In this document: positions 34,612-44,040 of the stretch, piece by piece | Position numbering within the stretch: the stretch's first letter is position 1 | Layout of the letters: every line of letters starts with the position of its first letter | Assembly: GCA_044229975.1 (NCBI GenBank) | Contig: JBGARZ010000018.1 | Location: forward strand, 111,482-175,481 | DNA from: Polyangiales bacterium | GTDB lineage: Bacteria; Myxococcota_A; Polyangia; Polyangiales; Ga0077539 | DNA length: 64,000 bases | Reading direction: 5' to 3' | Made by a program: the position numbers and the translations under genes | Notes under the pieces: generated by a model | Databases searched by the model: none | What the model was told of the DNA's origin: nothing | Seen by the model: the letters and a program-made list of their open reading frames with translations, nothing else

Positions 34612-36510
34612 TTGCGGGAGAGGATCAACGTGGGACGCCTGCGCTACATCACGGCACTGTCGGCACTTTCGGTGGGCGTCGTCGCGGGCCCGGTGGCCGC
34701 CCAGCCCCGCACCCCGCGGCACCCCGAAGGCATGCTGATGACCCGGGTTCGCCCCGGCGAGGACTGCGCCGCCGTCGCGCTTCGCGTCTACCACTCGGCC
34801 ACGCTCACCAACGTGATCCACCGCTTCAACCCGACGGTGTGCCCGGGTCGCGCCCTCACGCCCAACATGGAGCTCGCCCTCCCCCGCTGGCTCGGTCGGC
34901 GTCCCGTCGTGTCGCCCGTCGCCTTCCTCACCCGGCTCAACAACCGGGTGCTCGTGCAGACCCGCGGCGACACCGAGCCCCGCGCCGGACGCGCCAACGA
35001 GCCGCTCTTCCGCGCGGCGCGTGTGAGCACCGCCATCCGGTCGTCGGCCGAGCTCTCGTTCTCCAACCGCTCGCTGGTGCGTCTCTACGAGTCGTCCCTG
35101 CTCGTCGTGCTCGGCGACGGCAACCCGCGCGTGCGCCGCGCGGCCACGGCGCAGGACACCACCCTCGTCACCGGGACGCTGCGCTCGTTTCTCACGACGC
35201 TCGCTGCGCCCACGCCACGCGCTGCGCCTGCGCGGCCCGTGACCATCCAGACGGCCGGTGGTCAGGTCACGCTACGCCCCGGCGAGTCGCAGATCACCAT
35301 CGAGCCCACGGCGCGCCCCACCACCACGCTCGCCGTCTACCGCGGCTCGTCGCAGCTTCGTTCGGGCGCGCAGGTCATGCCGGTGCCGCAGGGCTTCGGC
35401 GCGAGGGCCATCCAGGGGCAGCGCATCGCCCCGCCGCGTCCGCTCCCTCCGCCGCCGGGGTGGGAGGTGCGACCGCCCGCGATTCTCTTCACGGGCCCCG
35501 ACGTCGCGCTCGGGGCGCGGGCCAGCGGCGGTGAGCACGTCGACGTCGCCGAGTGGCACGTCGAGCTCGCCCGCGACGCGCAGTTTCAAGACATGATCGA
35601 AGAGCGCCACGTCGCCGCCGCAGACGACGTCGTACACGTCCCCTCGGTGAGCCCCGGCGTCTACTTCGTGCGCGTCGCCACCATCGACCGCGAACGTTAC
35701 GAGGGCCCCGCGGGCGACGTCGTTCGCACCCTCGTCGTGACGCCGCGCCTCGAACCCGCGAACGACGCCGCGCACGACACCCTCACTCCCCCGGCCGACC
35801 TCGTCTGCACCCTCGACGGCGCACCCTTCACCGCGCCGGTGGTCATCGACCGCACCCGCGCCCACGTCCTCCGCTGTGCGACCGACGCCACCGGCGCGGC
35901 CTTCGGCGAGACCACCTTCCCGGCCACGCAGACGCAGACGCCACCGCCCGCGCCACCGCCACCACCCGCACCTCCTCCTCCGCCGCCGCCACCGCGGAGG
36001 GAGGGCTTCGCGCAGCGGTTGTCGTTCCGCGTCGAAGGCCAGTACGTGACCACCGTGTCGACGCCGCCGCCGGGCGTGTCGCTCGATCACGGAGCGGGCG
36101 CGTCGCTGCGCGTCGGCGTCGACCTGCGACGGCCGCCCATCGGCAGCGCGGGGCTGGTGTTCGGCGTCGAGGTGTTCGGCGGGGGAATGATCTTCCCACA
36201 ACCCGGCGGACTGCGCGCGTCGTCGTGGCCGGTCGGGGCGGCGCTGCGGCTCACGCCCTTCACGGGTCGGGTGCAGCCGTGGGTGTCGGCGGGCGGCGCG
36301 GCGGTGTTCACGGGGCAGCTCGTTCGGCCGGGTGTCGAGGCGGGCCTCGGGCTCGACGTGCGGCTCACCCGCGCGCTGCTGCTGGGCGCGGTGGTGCGGT
36401 ACACGCAGGTCGTCGAGACCGACTCAGCGTCGGTGACCAGCGACGCGCGCATGCTGCACGCGGGCCTCGCGCTGACGGTGCGGCTGCCCTACTCGGCGGG
36501 CAGGCCGTAG
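34612..36510 (+). CDS. Secreted LysM-like/FecR-domain protein with C-terminal outer-membrane beta-barrel-like domain
   Basis: VRPGEDC...NP...LTPNMELALP (LysM-like); SSAELSFSNRSLVRLYESS and LAVYRG (FecR-like); amphipathic beta strands at the C-terminus. Confidence 0.7.
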   Translation: MRERINVGRLRYITALSALSVGVVAGPVAAQPRTPRHPEGMLMTRVRPGEDCAAVALRVYHSATLTNVIHRFNPTVCPGRALTPNMELALPRWLGRRPVVSPVAFLTRLNNRVLVQTRGDTEPRAGRANEPLFRAARVSTAIRSSAELSFSNRSLVRLYESSLLVVLGDGNPRVRRAATAQDTTLVTGTLRSFLTTLAAPTPRAAPARPVTIQTAGGQVTLRPGESQITIEPTARPTTTLAVYRGSSQLRSGAQVMPVPQGFGARAIQGQRIAPPRPLPPPPGWEVRPPAILFTGPDVALGARASGGEHVDVAEWHVELARDAQFQDMIEERHVAAADDVVHVPSVSPGVYFVRVATIDRERYEGPAGDVVRTLVVTPRLEPANDAAHDTLTPPADLVCTLDGAPFTAPVVIDRTRAHVLRCATDATGAAFGETTFPATQTQTPPPAPPPPPAPPPPPPPPRREGFAQRLSFRVEGQYVTTVSTPPPGVSLDHGAGASLRVGVDLRRPPIGSAGLVFGVEVFGGGMIFPQPGGLRASSWPVGAALRLTPFTGRVQPWVSAGGAAVFTGQLVRPGVEAGLGLDVRLTRALLLGAVVRYTQVVETDSASVTSDARMLHAGLALTVRLPYSAGRP

Positions 36511-37778
36511 GCCGCGGCCCAGGCGAGCAGCGACAGCACCGCGACGGCGACGGTCACCATCCACCAGCGCGACCTGCGCGGCGCGGCGGCGGGAGGCTCG
36601 ACGACGGGCGCGGGCGCCACCTCCCGGACGGGCGGGCGAACGTCGTCCGGCGCGGGCGCGGGGAGCGGGTCGAGCGCGGGGGGCGTGGCGGCCGACTCGG
36701 CGTCGAACAGCGCCGGATCAGGCGGCGTCAGGTCATCGAAGCGCAACGGCGGAGGCGCAGGGGCGTTCGGCTGCGCGGCAGGACCGTCGGAGGGGCGCAG
36801 GCTCGTGGGCGGCGCCTCGATGGGCAGGCTGTCCGGCCGCGCGGAGGGTGGAGCGGTGGTGGCGCGGATCGTGGTGAGTGCAGTGATGAGCGCGCGTGCG
36901 CTGGCGGGGCGGTGCCGTGGGTCCTTCTCCAGGCACTGCATGACGATGTTGGCGAGCCCGGAGCTCATCCACGGGGCGCGGCGGCGCACCGGGACCGGCA
37001 GCTCCGAGCTGATGGCGATGACGAAGGTGCCGACGTTGTCGGACTGGAACGGCAGCACCCCGGTGATCATCTCGTAGAGCATGACGCCCACCGACCAGAG
37101 GTCGGCGCGGGGCGTGAGGTTGCGCGGGTCGCGGATCTGCTCCGGAGACATGTACGCGGGCGTGCCGAGGGTGACGTCGGAGGCCGTGATGCGCGGCAGC
37201 TCGATAAAGCCCGTGAGGCTCGCGAGGCCGAAGTCGAGGAGCCGAGGCGTCCAGCCGTCGCCGTCCTTCACAAGGAAGATGTTGGCGGGCTTGAGGTCGC
37301 GATGGATGATCCCGGCCTCGTGGAAGGTGGCGAGCGCGTCGAGCACCGGAACCATCCACGCGACGAGCTGGTCGGGCGGGATCATCCCCCGCTGCGTCGC
37401 CGCGTAGTCCCAGAGGTCCATCCCCGACAGGAACTCCTGCACCAGGTAGGGTGCGTCGTTGGCGTCGATGCCGATGTCCTCGACGCGCACCACGTTGGGG
37501 TGGCTCACGGCGTTGGCGGCCCTGCCCTCGCGCAGCACACGCCGCGCGTAGAGGGCGCTCGACGCCAGCTCGGGGAGCAGCAGCTTGATGGCGACGATGC
37601 GCCCCTCGGTGACGTGCTCGGCGCGGTAGACGTTGCTCATGCCGCCGCTGCCGAGGAGTTCGAGCAGGCGCCAGCGACCGTCGAGCACCTCGCCCACGCG
37701 CGTCGCGGGGCGGTGCGGGCGGACGGGCTCCTCGACGACGGCATCGACGGGATCACCGTGCGTGGGCCGATCCTCCAT
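36489..37778 (-). CDS. Hanks-type Ser/Thr protein kinase with C-terminal TM helix
   Basis: LGSGGMSNVY, VAIK, HRDLKPAN, DFG, GTPAYMSPEQ. Start uncertain (37778 or 37832). Confidence 0.92.
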   Translation of the reverse strand: MEDRPTHGDPVDAVVEEPVRPHRPATRVGEVLDGRWRLLELLGSGGMSNVYRAEHVTEGRIVAIKLLLPELASSALYARRVLREGRAANAVSHPNVVRVEDIGIDANDAPYLVQEFLSGMDLWDYAATQRGMIPPDQLVAWMVPVLDALATFHEAGIIHRDLKPANIFLVKDGDGWTPRLLDFGLASLTGFIELPRITASDVTLGTPAYMSPEQIRDPRNLTPRADLWSVGVMLYEMITGVLPFQSDNVGTFVIAISSELPVPVRRRAPWMSSGLANIVMQCLEKDPRHRPASARALITALTTIRATTAPPSARPDSLPIEAPPTSLRPSDGPAAQPNAPAPPPLRFDDLTPPDPALFDAESAATPPALDPLPAPAPDDVRPPVREVAPAPVVEPPAAAPRRSRWWMVTVAVAVLSLLAWAAAYGLPAE

Positions 37779-37977
37779 CGGGATCCTGGAGGGGGAGAGA
37801 AGGGCCGGTTCTTCGTCGGGTCCGCCCGCCATGAGGGGAAAAGGTTGCCACGACGGATGGGCCGCCGTCTCGCCCGCCGGTGCAAACGCCGCCCGCGAGG
37901 GCCTCGGCGGTACTGCCTTGCGCGCGGTCGCGTTTGTCCCAACACAGGCCAACGATCCCCGAGCCAGGAGACTCCCG

Positions 37978-38268
37978 ATGGTCCATCCCTACCGCAGCGG
38001 CAACGACGGCAACGATCCCAACAAGGAGCCGGTGATCGAGCCGACAGATCCCATCGAGCCCGACCCGGTTGTACCCCCGGAACCGACCGAGCCCGCGCCC
38101 CAACCGCCGCCGATGATCGAGCCCTTCCCGCCTCACCCCGGCGTCATCGACGAGCCGCCGTCGCACCCCGGCGTCATCCCCGGCCCGACGCCGCAGCCCA
38201 TCCACGAGCCCGTGCCCTTCGAGATTCCGGGGCCCATCCCGCAGCCCATCCACGAGCCCATCACCTGA
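37978..38268 (+). CDS. Small Pro/Glu-rich hypothetical protein with internal repeats
   Basis: ATG 37978 after AGGAG; HPGVI twice and PGPxPQPIHEP twice. Confidence 0.6.
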   Translation: MVHPYRSGNDGNDPNKEPVIEPTDPIEPDPVVPPEPTEPAPQPPPMIEPFPPHPGVIDEPPSHPGVIPGPTPQPIHEPVPFEIPGPIPQPIHEPIT

Positions 38269-38271
38269 GGG

Positions 38272-39468
38272 CTACGCCTCTTCGCTGCGCGCGAGGTCGA
38301 CCGCGCGCCAGAGGTACCAGCTCGCGATCGTGCGCCACGGCTTCCACTTCGCGCCGCGCCTCTCCACCTCGTCGGGCGTCGGCATGTCGAGCAGCCCGTA
38401 GGTCACCTTCACGCCGTTGCGAACGCCGAAGTCACCCACCGGCAGCACGTCCGGCCTCCCCAGGGTGAACATCAACAGCATCTCGGCGCTCCACCGACCG
38501 ATGCCGCGCACGGTGGTGAGGCGCTCGATGATCTCCTCCTCGTCCATGGAGGTCATCTCGTCGAGGGTCGGGACGGCGCCCGCCTTCACCTTCGTCGCGA
38601 GGTCACGCAGCGCCGCGACCTTGCTCGCCGAGAGCCCCGCCCCGCGCAACGACTCGTCGGAGAGCGCGAGCAGCGCCGACGGTTCGGGGAAGCGCTCCCC
38701 TCCCCCGAGGGCGACCACGCGACCGAAGATGGTCGCGGCGGCCTTGCCCGTGAGCTGCTGGTAGACGACGGCCCGCGCGAGGGAGAGGTAGGTGCTCTCG
38801 GTGTGCGATCGCGTGAGCGCGAAGTCACCGACGCGCGCGATGAGCCGACCCATCGCCCGGTCGCGCGCCGACAAGGCAGCGAGGGCGCGCGGCGCGTCGA
38901 AGGTGGGTTCGCCGATGCGGGTGACGAGCGCGAGGAGGTCATCGGGGAGCGCGGCGCCTTCGCGCGCGAGCAGGCGAGCCTTGGTGCGGAGGCCACCATG
39001 GGTGGAGAAGCCGCCGGCGGAGTTGTTCGCGCCCATCACGCGGTGACAGGGGACGACGATGACGAAGGGGTTGCGAGCCATCGCCTGACCGACCGCGCGG
39101 GCGTGGGAGGGGTTGCCGAGGTCGGTCGCGACGGCGCCGTAGCTCAGGGTGGTGCCGATGGGGACGCGGCGCGTGCGGTCGTAGATGGTGCGGTGGAAGG
39201 CGGGCACCGCGCGCATGTCGAGCTCGATGGCGGTGAGGTCTTCGCGGCCGTGCTCCAGATGACGGCGGATCTTGTCGACCGCGCCCTGCACCGCGGGCGG
39301 CGGGGCGGACTCGACGATGGGCCCCGGCGCGTGCGCGTGGAGGCGCTCGACGGTGCGCTCGTCGCTGGCCTCAGGGAACTGGAGCGCCGTGATGCCGCGG
39401 TCGCTCCAGGCGACGCCCGCGCGACCGAAGGCAGTGTCGAAGAGGGCGTAGCCGCTGGGGTCGCGCAT
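38272..39468 (-). CDS. Fusion of O6-methylguanine-DNA methyltransferase (Ogt) and AlkA-type 3-methyladenine DNA glycosylase
   Basis: ARAVGQAMARNP...VPCHRV, then VYQQL...AA.TI, GLSASK, VRGIGRWSAEM, DVLPVGD, WKPWRTIASWYLW. Confidence 0.9.
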   Translation of the reverse strand: MRDPSGYALFDTAFGRAGVAWSDRGITALQFPEASDERTVERLHAHAPGPIVESAPPPAVQGAVDKIRRHLEHGREDLTAIELDMRAVPAFHRTIYDRTRRVPIGTTLSYGAVATDLGNPSHARAVGQAMARNPFVIVVPCHRVMGANNSAGGFSTHGGLRTKARLLAREGAALPDDLLALVTRIGEPTFDAPRALAALSARDRAMGRLIARVGDFALTRSHTESTYLSLARAVVYQQLTGKAAATIFGRVVALGGGERFPEPSALLALSDESLRGAGLSASKVAALRDLATKVKAGAVPTLDEMTSMDEEEIIERLTTVRGIGRWSAEMLLMFTLGRPDVLPVGDFGVRNGVKVTYGLLDMPTPDEVERRGAKWKPWRTIASWYLWRAVDLARSEEA

Positions 39469-39471
39469 CGT

Positions 39472-39972
39472 TCAGGGCGTGTTGCGACCGCGCTGCGCAG
39501 CCTGCTGGACCTCGGTGTGACTGAGCGGTCGGCAGGGCGTTCCGGGCGGGTGGTTGTGAACGATGTACATGCCGGGCGCGAGGCCGGACGGAGCGGGCGC
39601 CGCGGCCATTGGTGCAGCGGCGGCAGCGGGCGCGGGAGCGGGCGCGGGGGCAGCGGGCGGGGGTGAGCGACCGGGCGCACGCGACGGAGCGGGAGCAGGC
39701 GGGGTCTCCTGCACGGGCACGCCCGGAATGGGCGACACCATCATCGGCGCGCCCGCAAGCGGAACGGGCGGGAGCATCGCCGGGTCGACGCGCATGGGTT
39801 CGAGCGACGTCGGAGTGCCGGCGTCCTGCACGGGGGGCGGTGGGGGGGGGGGCGGGGGATTGGGCGGCGGGTTGATGGAGTAGTGCGGCGCCGACGGCTG
39901 ACACGCTGCGAGGAAGGTGGCGAGCGCTGGCAGCGTGGTGGTCACCACGGACGGTCGTGGGCGTCGCTTCAT
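39472..39972 (-). CDS. Pro-rich lipoprotein, hypothetical
   Basis: Lipobox LAAC; poly-Pro tract; short C-terminal HNHPPGTPCRP segment. Confidence 0.6.
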   Translation of the reverse strand: MKRRPRPSVVTTTLPALATFLAACQPSAPHYSINPPPNPPPPPPPPPVQDAGTPTSLEPMRVDPAMLPPVPLAGAPMMVSPIPGVPVQETPPAPAPSRAPGRSPPPAAPAPAPAPAAAAAPMAAAPAPSGLAPGMYIVHNHPPGTPCRPLSHTEVQQAAQRGRNTP

Positions 39973-40062
39973 CGGGGCATCGGACACGCCGTCGACGGCG
40001 CTGTCAACGCGTGCACGGGTGCTGTTGACGCGCGGCCGTCGGGCGGGCGATCACTCGCGGCG

Positions 40063-40533
40063 ATGCACCCCAACGCGAAGCTGATCCAGGAGTTCTACGA
40101 GGCGTTTCAGCGCAAGGACGCCGACGCGATGGCGGCCTGCTACCACCCGGATGTCCACTTCACCGACGCCGCGTTTGGCGACCTGCACGGGTCACGCGCC
40201 GGGTCGATGTGGAAGATGCTCGTCAGCCGCGGCAAGGACCTCGTGCTGACCTTCTCCGACGTCCACGCCGACGACACGGAGGGCCGCGCCCACTGGGAGG
40301 CCGACTACACCTTCGGCGCCACCGGCAACAAGGTGCACAACGTCATCGACGCGCGCTTCACCTTCAAGGACGGCAAGATCATCCGCCACGTCGACACCTT
40401 CGACTTCGCGACGTGGGCCGGTCAGGCGCTCGGGGTGATGGGCCGACTCTTCGGCGGCTTCGGCTTCCTCCAGCGCGGCGTGCAGAAGAAGGCGCTCGCG
40501 GGCCTCGACGCGTTCATCGCCAGGAAGGCGTAG
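40063..40533 (+). CDS. NTF2/SnoaL-like protein
   Basis: FYEAFQRKDADAMAACYHPDVHFTD, HWEADYTF, FKDGKIIRHVD. Confidence 0.88.
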   Translation: MHPNAKLIQEFYEAFQRKDADAMAACYHPDVHFTDAAFGDLHGSRAGSMWKMLVSRGKDLVLTFSDVHADDTEGRAHWEADYTFGATGNKVHNVIDARFTFKDGKIIRHVDTFDFATWAGQALGVMGRLFGGFGFLQRGVQKKALAGLDAFIARKA

Positions 40534-40600
40534 GCGTCGCGCGTCAACACCCGCAGCCGATGGCCCGCTGCGGCCGTCCAACGCTGGTACCATCGCCCTC

Positions 40601-41524
40601 ATGCGACACGTCGTCTCGACCTTCGGCCTCGCCGCGACGCTCTGCGCCTGCGGTTCATCCGTCAACACGGGCCTCCTCGACTACGACGCCGGAGTCCGCG
40701 CTGACGTGGGTGCGGCGAGCGACGCCCCGGCGACCAGCGACACTGCGCCTGCGGTCGACGTCCCGCTCGCGATCGATGTGTCCACCGCGGTCGATGTGCC
40801 TGCCGCGGTCGATGTCCCTGCCGCGGTCGATGTCCCTGCCGCGGTCGATGCCCCGCCCGCCATGGACGTCCCAGCCGCCGTCGATGTCCCCGCCGTTGCG
40901 ACCGATGTCGGCTCCATCCTCCCGCCGCGTGACGCCGGTCCGCTGCCCTTCGACGGAGGAACGCTCGGCGACCCCGCCTGGGTGCCGCTCGACGTCCGCG
41001 CCAACGGAGGCTGCACGCCGGTCGCAGCGTGCGGCGGCGCCGTGCTCGGTACCTGGGACGTCTCTGGCGGCTGCATCGAGCTCCCCGCGTTGCCCTCGCA
41101 GTTGATGCTGTGCCCCGGCGCACGGGTCAGCCGCATGGCGGGGCGCGCCCGGGGGCGGGTGATCTTCGCGCCGACCATCGCCTACCGCGCGTCGCAGTGG
41201 GAGGTCGAGGCCGAGCTCTTCGTCCCGCAGATCTGCGCCGCCCTGGTGGGCGGCTGCGCCACCATCGAAGGCTACGTCCGTCCCTACTTCCCCGACTCGC
41301 GCTGCGTGAGCGAGGGCGCGGGCAACTGCCGCTGCGCGGTCCGCCAGTCGGGGGCGATCAACGACGGCGACGCGTACACCACCACCAGCACGCAGATCGT
41401 GTCGACGCTCTCGGGACGCCGCTGGGACTACTGCGTGAGCGGCGAGCGCATACGCTACAACGACACCTCGGCGGGTACCCTCCGCGAGCCCGGCCCCATC
41501 GAGCTCACGCGCCGCTCGCTCTGA
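40601..41524 (+). CDS. Lipoprotein with AVDVPA repeats and Cys-containing C-terminal domain
   Basis: Lipobox LCAC; ACGGAVLGTW; WDYCVSG. Confidence 0.7.
   Translation: MRHVVSTFGLAATLCACGSSVNTGLLDYDAGVRADVGAASDAPATSDTAPAVDVPLAIDVSTAVDVPAAVDVPAAVDVPAAVDAPPAMDVPAAVDVPAVATDVGSILPPRDAGPLPFDGGTLGDPAWVPLDVRANGGCTPVAACGGAVLGTWDVSGGCIELPALPSQLMLCPGARVSRMAGRARGRVIFAPTIAYRASQWEVEAELFVPQICAALVGGCATIEGYVRPYFPDSRCVSEGAGNCRCAVRQSGAINDGDAYTTTSTQIVSTLSGRRWDYCVSGERIRYNDTSAGTLREPGPIELTRRSL
40751..40894 (+). repeat. 18-nt coding tandem repeat (consensus GCGGTCGATGTCCCTGCC), about 8 copies
   Basis: Directly visible; encodes AVDVPA. Confidence 0.8.
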
Positions 41525-41548
41525 CGGACGTCGCTCGTCGGCAGCGAG

Positions 41549-42982
41549 TCAGCTCTCCAGCAGGAGCGCGTCGGGGTCTTGCAGCAGGCGGATGATCTCG
41601 TAGGCGAAGGCCGCGCCCACGTGACCGTCGACGACGCGGTGGTCGAAGCTGAGCGAGAGCAGCATCACCTCGCCGATGACGATCTGTCCGTCGCGCACCA
41701 CGGGCTTCTGCTTGATCTGGTGCACGCCGAGGATCGCCACCTCGGGGAAGTTGATGATGGGCGTCGCGAAGAGGCCGCCCTGCGCGCCGAGCGAGGTGAT
41801 GGTGAAGGTGCTGCCCTGGAGGTCGTCGACCTTCATCTTGCCGCTCTTCACGTCGGTGCCGAGCCGATCGATCTCGCGGGCGAGGTCGAGCAGGCTGCGG
41901 CGGTCGGCGTTCTTCACCACCGGAACCACGAGCCCGGCCTCGGACGAGGCCGCGATGCCGAGGTTGTAGTACTTGCGGTAGACGAGCTCGTTGGTCGACT
42001 CGTCGATGGCCGTGTTGAGGATGGGAAACTTCTTCAGCGCCAACACCGCCGCCTTGGCGATGAACGGCAGGAAGGTGAGCTTCACGCCCTGCGACTGCGC
42101 CCGCGGGCGCATCCGGTCGCGCACGTCCTTGAGCGCCGAGACGTCGCACTCCTCCACGAAGGTGAAGTGTGCCGCCGTGTGCACCGACTGCGACATGCGC
42201 TCGGCGATCTTCCGGCGCAGCCCCGCGAACGGGACCCGCTCCTCCAGCACTTCGCCGCCCTTCGCCGCAGGCGACGCGATGGACACCGGCGCGCGCGTCG
42301 TGATCGCAGCGGGAGCCGCCGCGGGCTTGCTCGCCACCACCGGAGTCGTCGGCTCGCTCGCCGCCCTCGGAGCTTCGACCGCTGCCGCGGGCGCAGTGCC
42401 CCGATCGGCAAACGCCCGCACGTCGTCCTTCGTCACGCGCCCCTGCGGACCGCTCGGTCGCACACGGTTCAGGTCGACGTCGAGGTCGCGCGCCAGCTTG
42501 CGCGTCGCTGGGGTCGCGAGCGCCCGCCCGTTGGGTGCCCGGTAGTCGTCCGCCGCGGGCACTGCCGTCGCCTTCGCGGGCGCCGTGGCAGCCGCCGCGA
42601 GGGCCGCGGGCGTCGCGGTCACGGTCATCGTCCCCATGCCCGGCAGCGACTCCTTGATGTCGCCCACCGCCGTGGCCGCGGGGCCCTGCTCCTTCTTGGG
42701 CGCTTCAACCACCGCAGCGGGCGCCGCAGGGGCTGCACCACCAGACAGGTCGAACACCACCAGCACCGAGTGGACCTTCACGATCTCGCCGGGCTTGCCG
42801 TTGAGCTCGGCGATGCGGCCCGCCTTCGGCGACGTGATGGTCACCGAGGCCTTGTCGGTCATCACGTCGACGATGGGCTGATCTTCCTTCACCACGTCGC
42901 CCGTCTTCACGTGCCACGCGACGACCTCACCCTCGGTCACGCCCTCGCCGATGTCCGGCAGCTTGAACTCATAGCGGCTCAT
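41549..42982 (-). CDS. 2-oxoacid dehydrogenase E2 (dihydrolipoamide acyltransferase)
   Basis: Lipoyl domain LPDIGEG...TDKA; ATPATRKLA E3-binding domain; DHRVVDG. Confidence 0.95.
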   Translation of the reverse strand: MSRYEFKLPDIGEGVTEGEVVAWHVKTGDVVKEDQPIVDVMTDKASVTITSPKAGRIAELNGKPGEIVKVHSVLVVFDLSGGAAPAAPAAVVEAPKKEQGPAATAVGDIKESLPGMGTMTVTATPAALAAAATAPAKATAVPAADDYRAPNGRALATPATRKLARDLDVDLNRVRPSGPQGRVTKDDVRAFADRGTAPAAAVEAPRAASEPTTPVVASKPAAAPAAITTRAPVSIASPAAKGGEVLEERVPFAGLRRKIAERMSQSVHTAAHFTFVEECDVSALKDVRDRMRPRAQSQGVKLTFLPFIAKAAVLALKKFPILNTAIDESTNELVYRKYYNLGIAASSEAGLVVPVVKNADRRSLLDLAREIDRLGTDVKSGKMKVDDLQGSTFTITSLGAQGGLFATPIINFPEVAILGVHQIKQKPVVRDGQIVIGEVMLLSLSFDHRVVDGHVGAAFAYEIIRLLQDPDALLLES

Positions 42983-42995
42983 CGATCGTGTCCTC

Positions 42996-43970
42996 TCAGA
43001 ACCGGGCGGTCTCGACGATGGCCGGGAGGATGCGACCCGCCAGCGGCAGGTAATCCATCTCCAGCGTGTACGGGAACGGCGTGTCGTACCCGGTCACGCG
43101 CACCGGCGGCGCCTCCAGGTGAAGGAAGGCCTTCTCGTTGATGAGCGCGATGAGCTCCGCGCCGAACCCGCAGGTCTTCGGCGCCTCGTGCACCACCACC
43201 ACGCGGCCGGTCTTCTTCACGCTCGCGACGATGGTGTCGATGTCCACCGGCCAGAGCGTTCGGAGGTCGATGACCTCGGTGTCGATGCCCTGCGACGCCG
43301 CCTGGTTGGCCGCCTCGATGGCCTCGTAGAGCATCGCGCCCCACGCCAGCACCGTGACCTGCGTGCCCGGCCGCACCACCTTCGCCTGCGACAACGGAAC
43401 CGTGTAGTCGCCTTCGGGCACTTCACTCCGCGCCGCGCGGTACACGCGCTTCGGCTCGAAGAAGAGCACCGGGTCTTCGTCACGCAGCGACGAGAGCAGC
43501 AGGCCCTTGGCGTCGTACGGGTTGGACGGGCAGACGACCTTCAGGCCCGGCGTGTGGATGAAGTACGCCTCGGGGGATTGCGAGTGGTAGTGCCCGCCGC
43601 GGATGCCGCCGCCCACGGGCGTGCGGATGACCATCTTGGCCGGGTACTCGCCGCCCGACCGGTAGCGGAACTTCGCGAGCTCCGAGACGATCTGGTCGAA
43701 GGCCGGGAAGATGAAGTCCGAGAACTGGATCTCCGGGACCGGGCGCATCCCGTAGAGGGCCATGCCGATGGCCGCGCCGATGATGCCCCCTTCGGAGAGC
43801 GGGGTGTCGATCACGCGGTCGGCGCCGAACTCCTTCTGGAGTTCTTGCGTGACGCGGAAGACGCCGCCGACCTTGCCAATGTCCTCGCCCAGCAGGACCA
43901 CTCGCGGGTCGCGCTTCAGCTCCAGCCGGAGCGCGTCGTTGATCGCCTGCACCATGTTCATCTGCGGCAT
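42996..43970 (-). CDS. 2-oxoacid dehydrogenase E1 beta subunit (branched-chain/pyruvate type)
   Basis: GEDIG..GGVFR, DTPLSE, EIQFSDF, HSQSPE. Confidence 0.95.
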   Translation of the reverse strand: MPQMNMVQAINDALRLELKRDPRVVLLGEDIGKVGGVFRVTQELQKEFGADRVIDTPLSEGGIIGAAIGMALYGMRPVPEIQFSDFIFPAFDQIVSELAKFRYRSGGEYPAKMVIRTPVGGGIRGGHYHSQSPEAYFIHTPGLKVVCPSNPYDAKGLLLSSLRDEDPVLFFEPKRVYRAARSEVPEGDYTVPLSQAKVVRPGTQVTVLAWGAMLYEAIEAANQAASQGIDTEVIDLRTLWPVDIDTIVASVKKTGRVVVVHEAPKTCGFGAELIALINEKAFLHLEAPPVRVTGYDTPFPYTLEMDYLPLAGRILPAIVETARF

Positions 43971-44040
43971 CGGAACTCTCCTCAAACCCTCTGCGAAAGA
44001 CTCTTCGTGACTCTCGTCGATGCGTGTCGCGGACGTGCGG

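Noticed and set aside
40004..40030. GTCAAC-N15-GTTGAC inverted repeat between divergent genes
   Set aside because: Only 6-bp arms; it can be explained by back-to-back -35 elements or chance.
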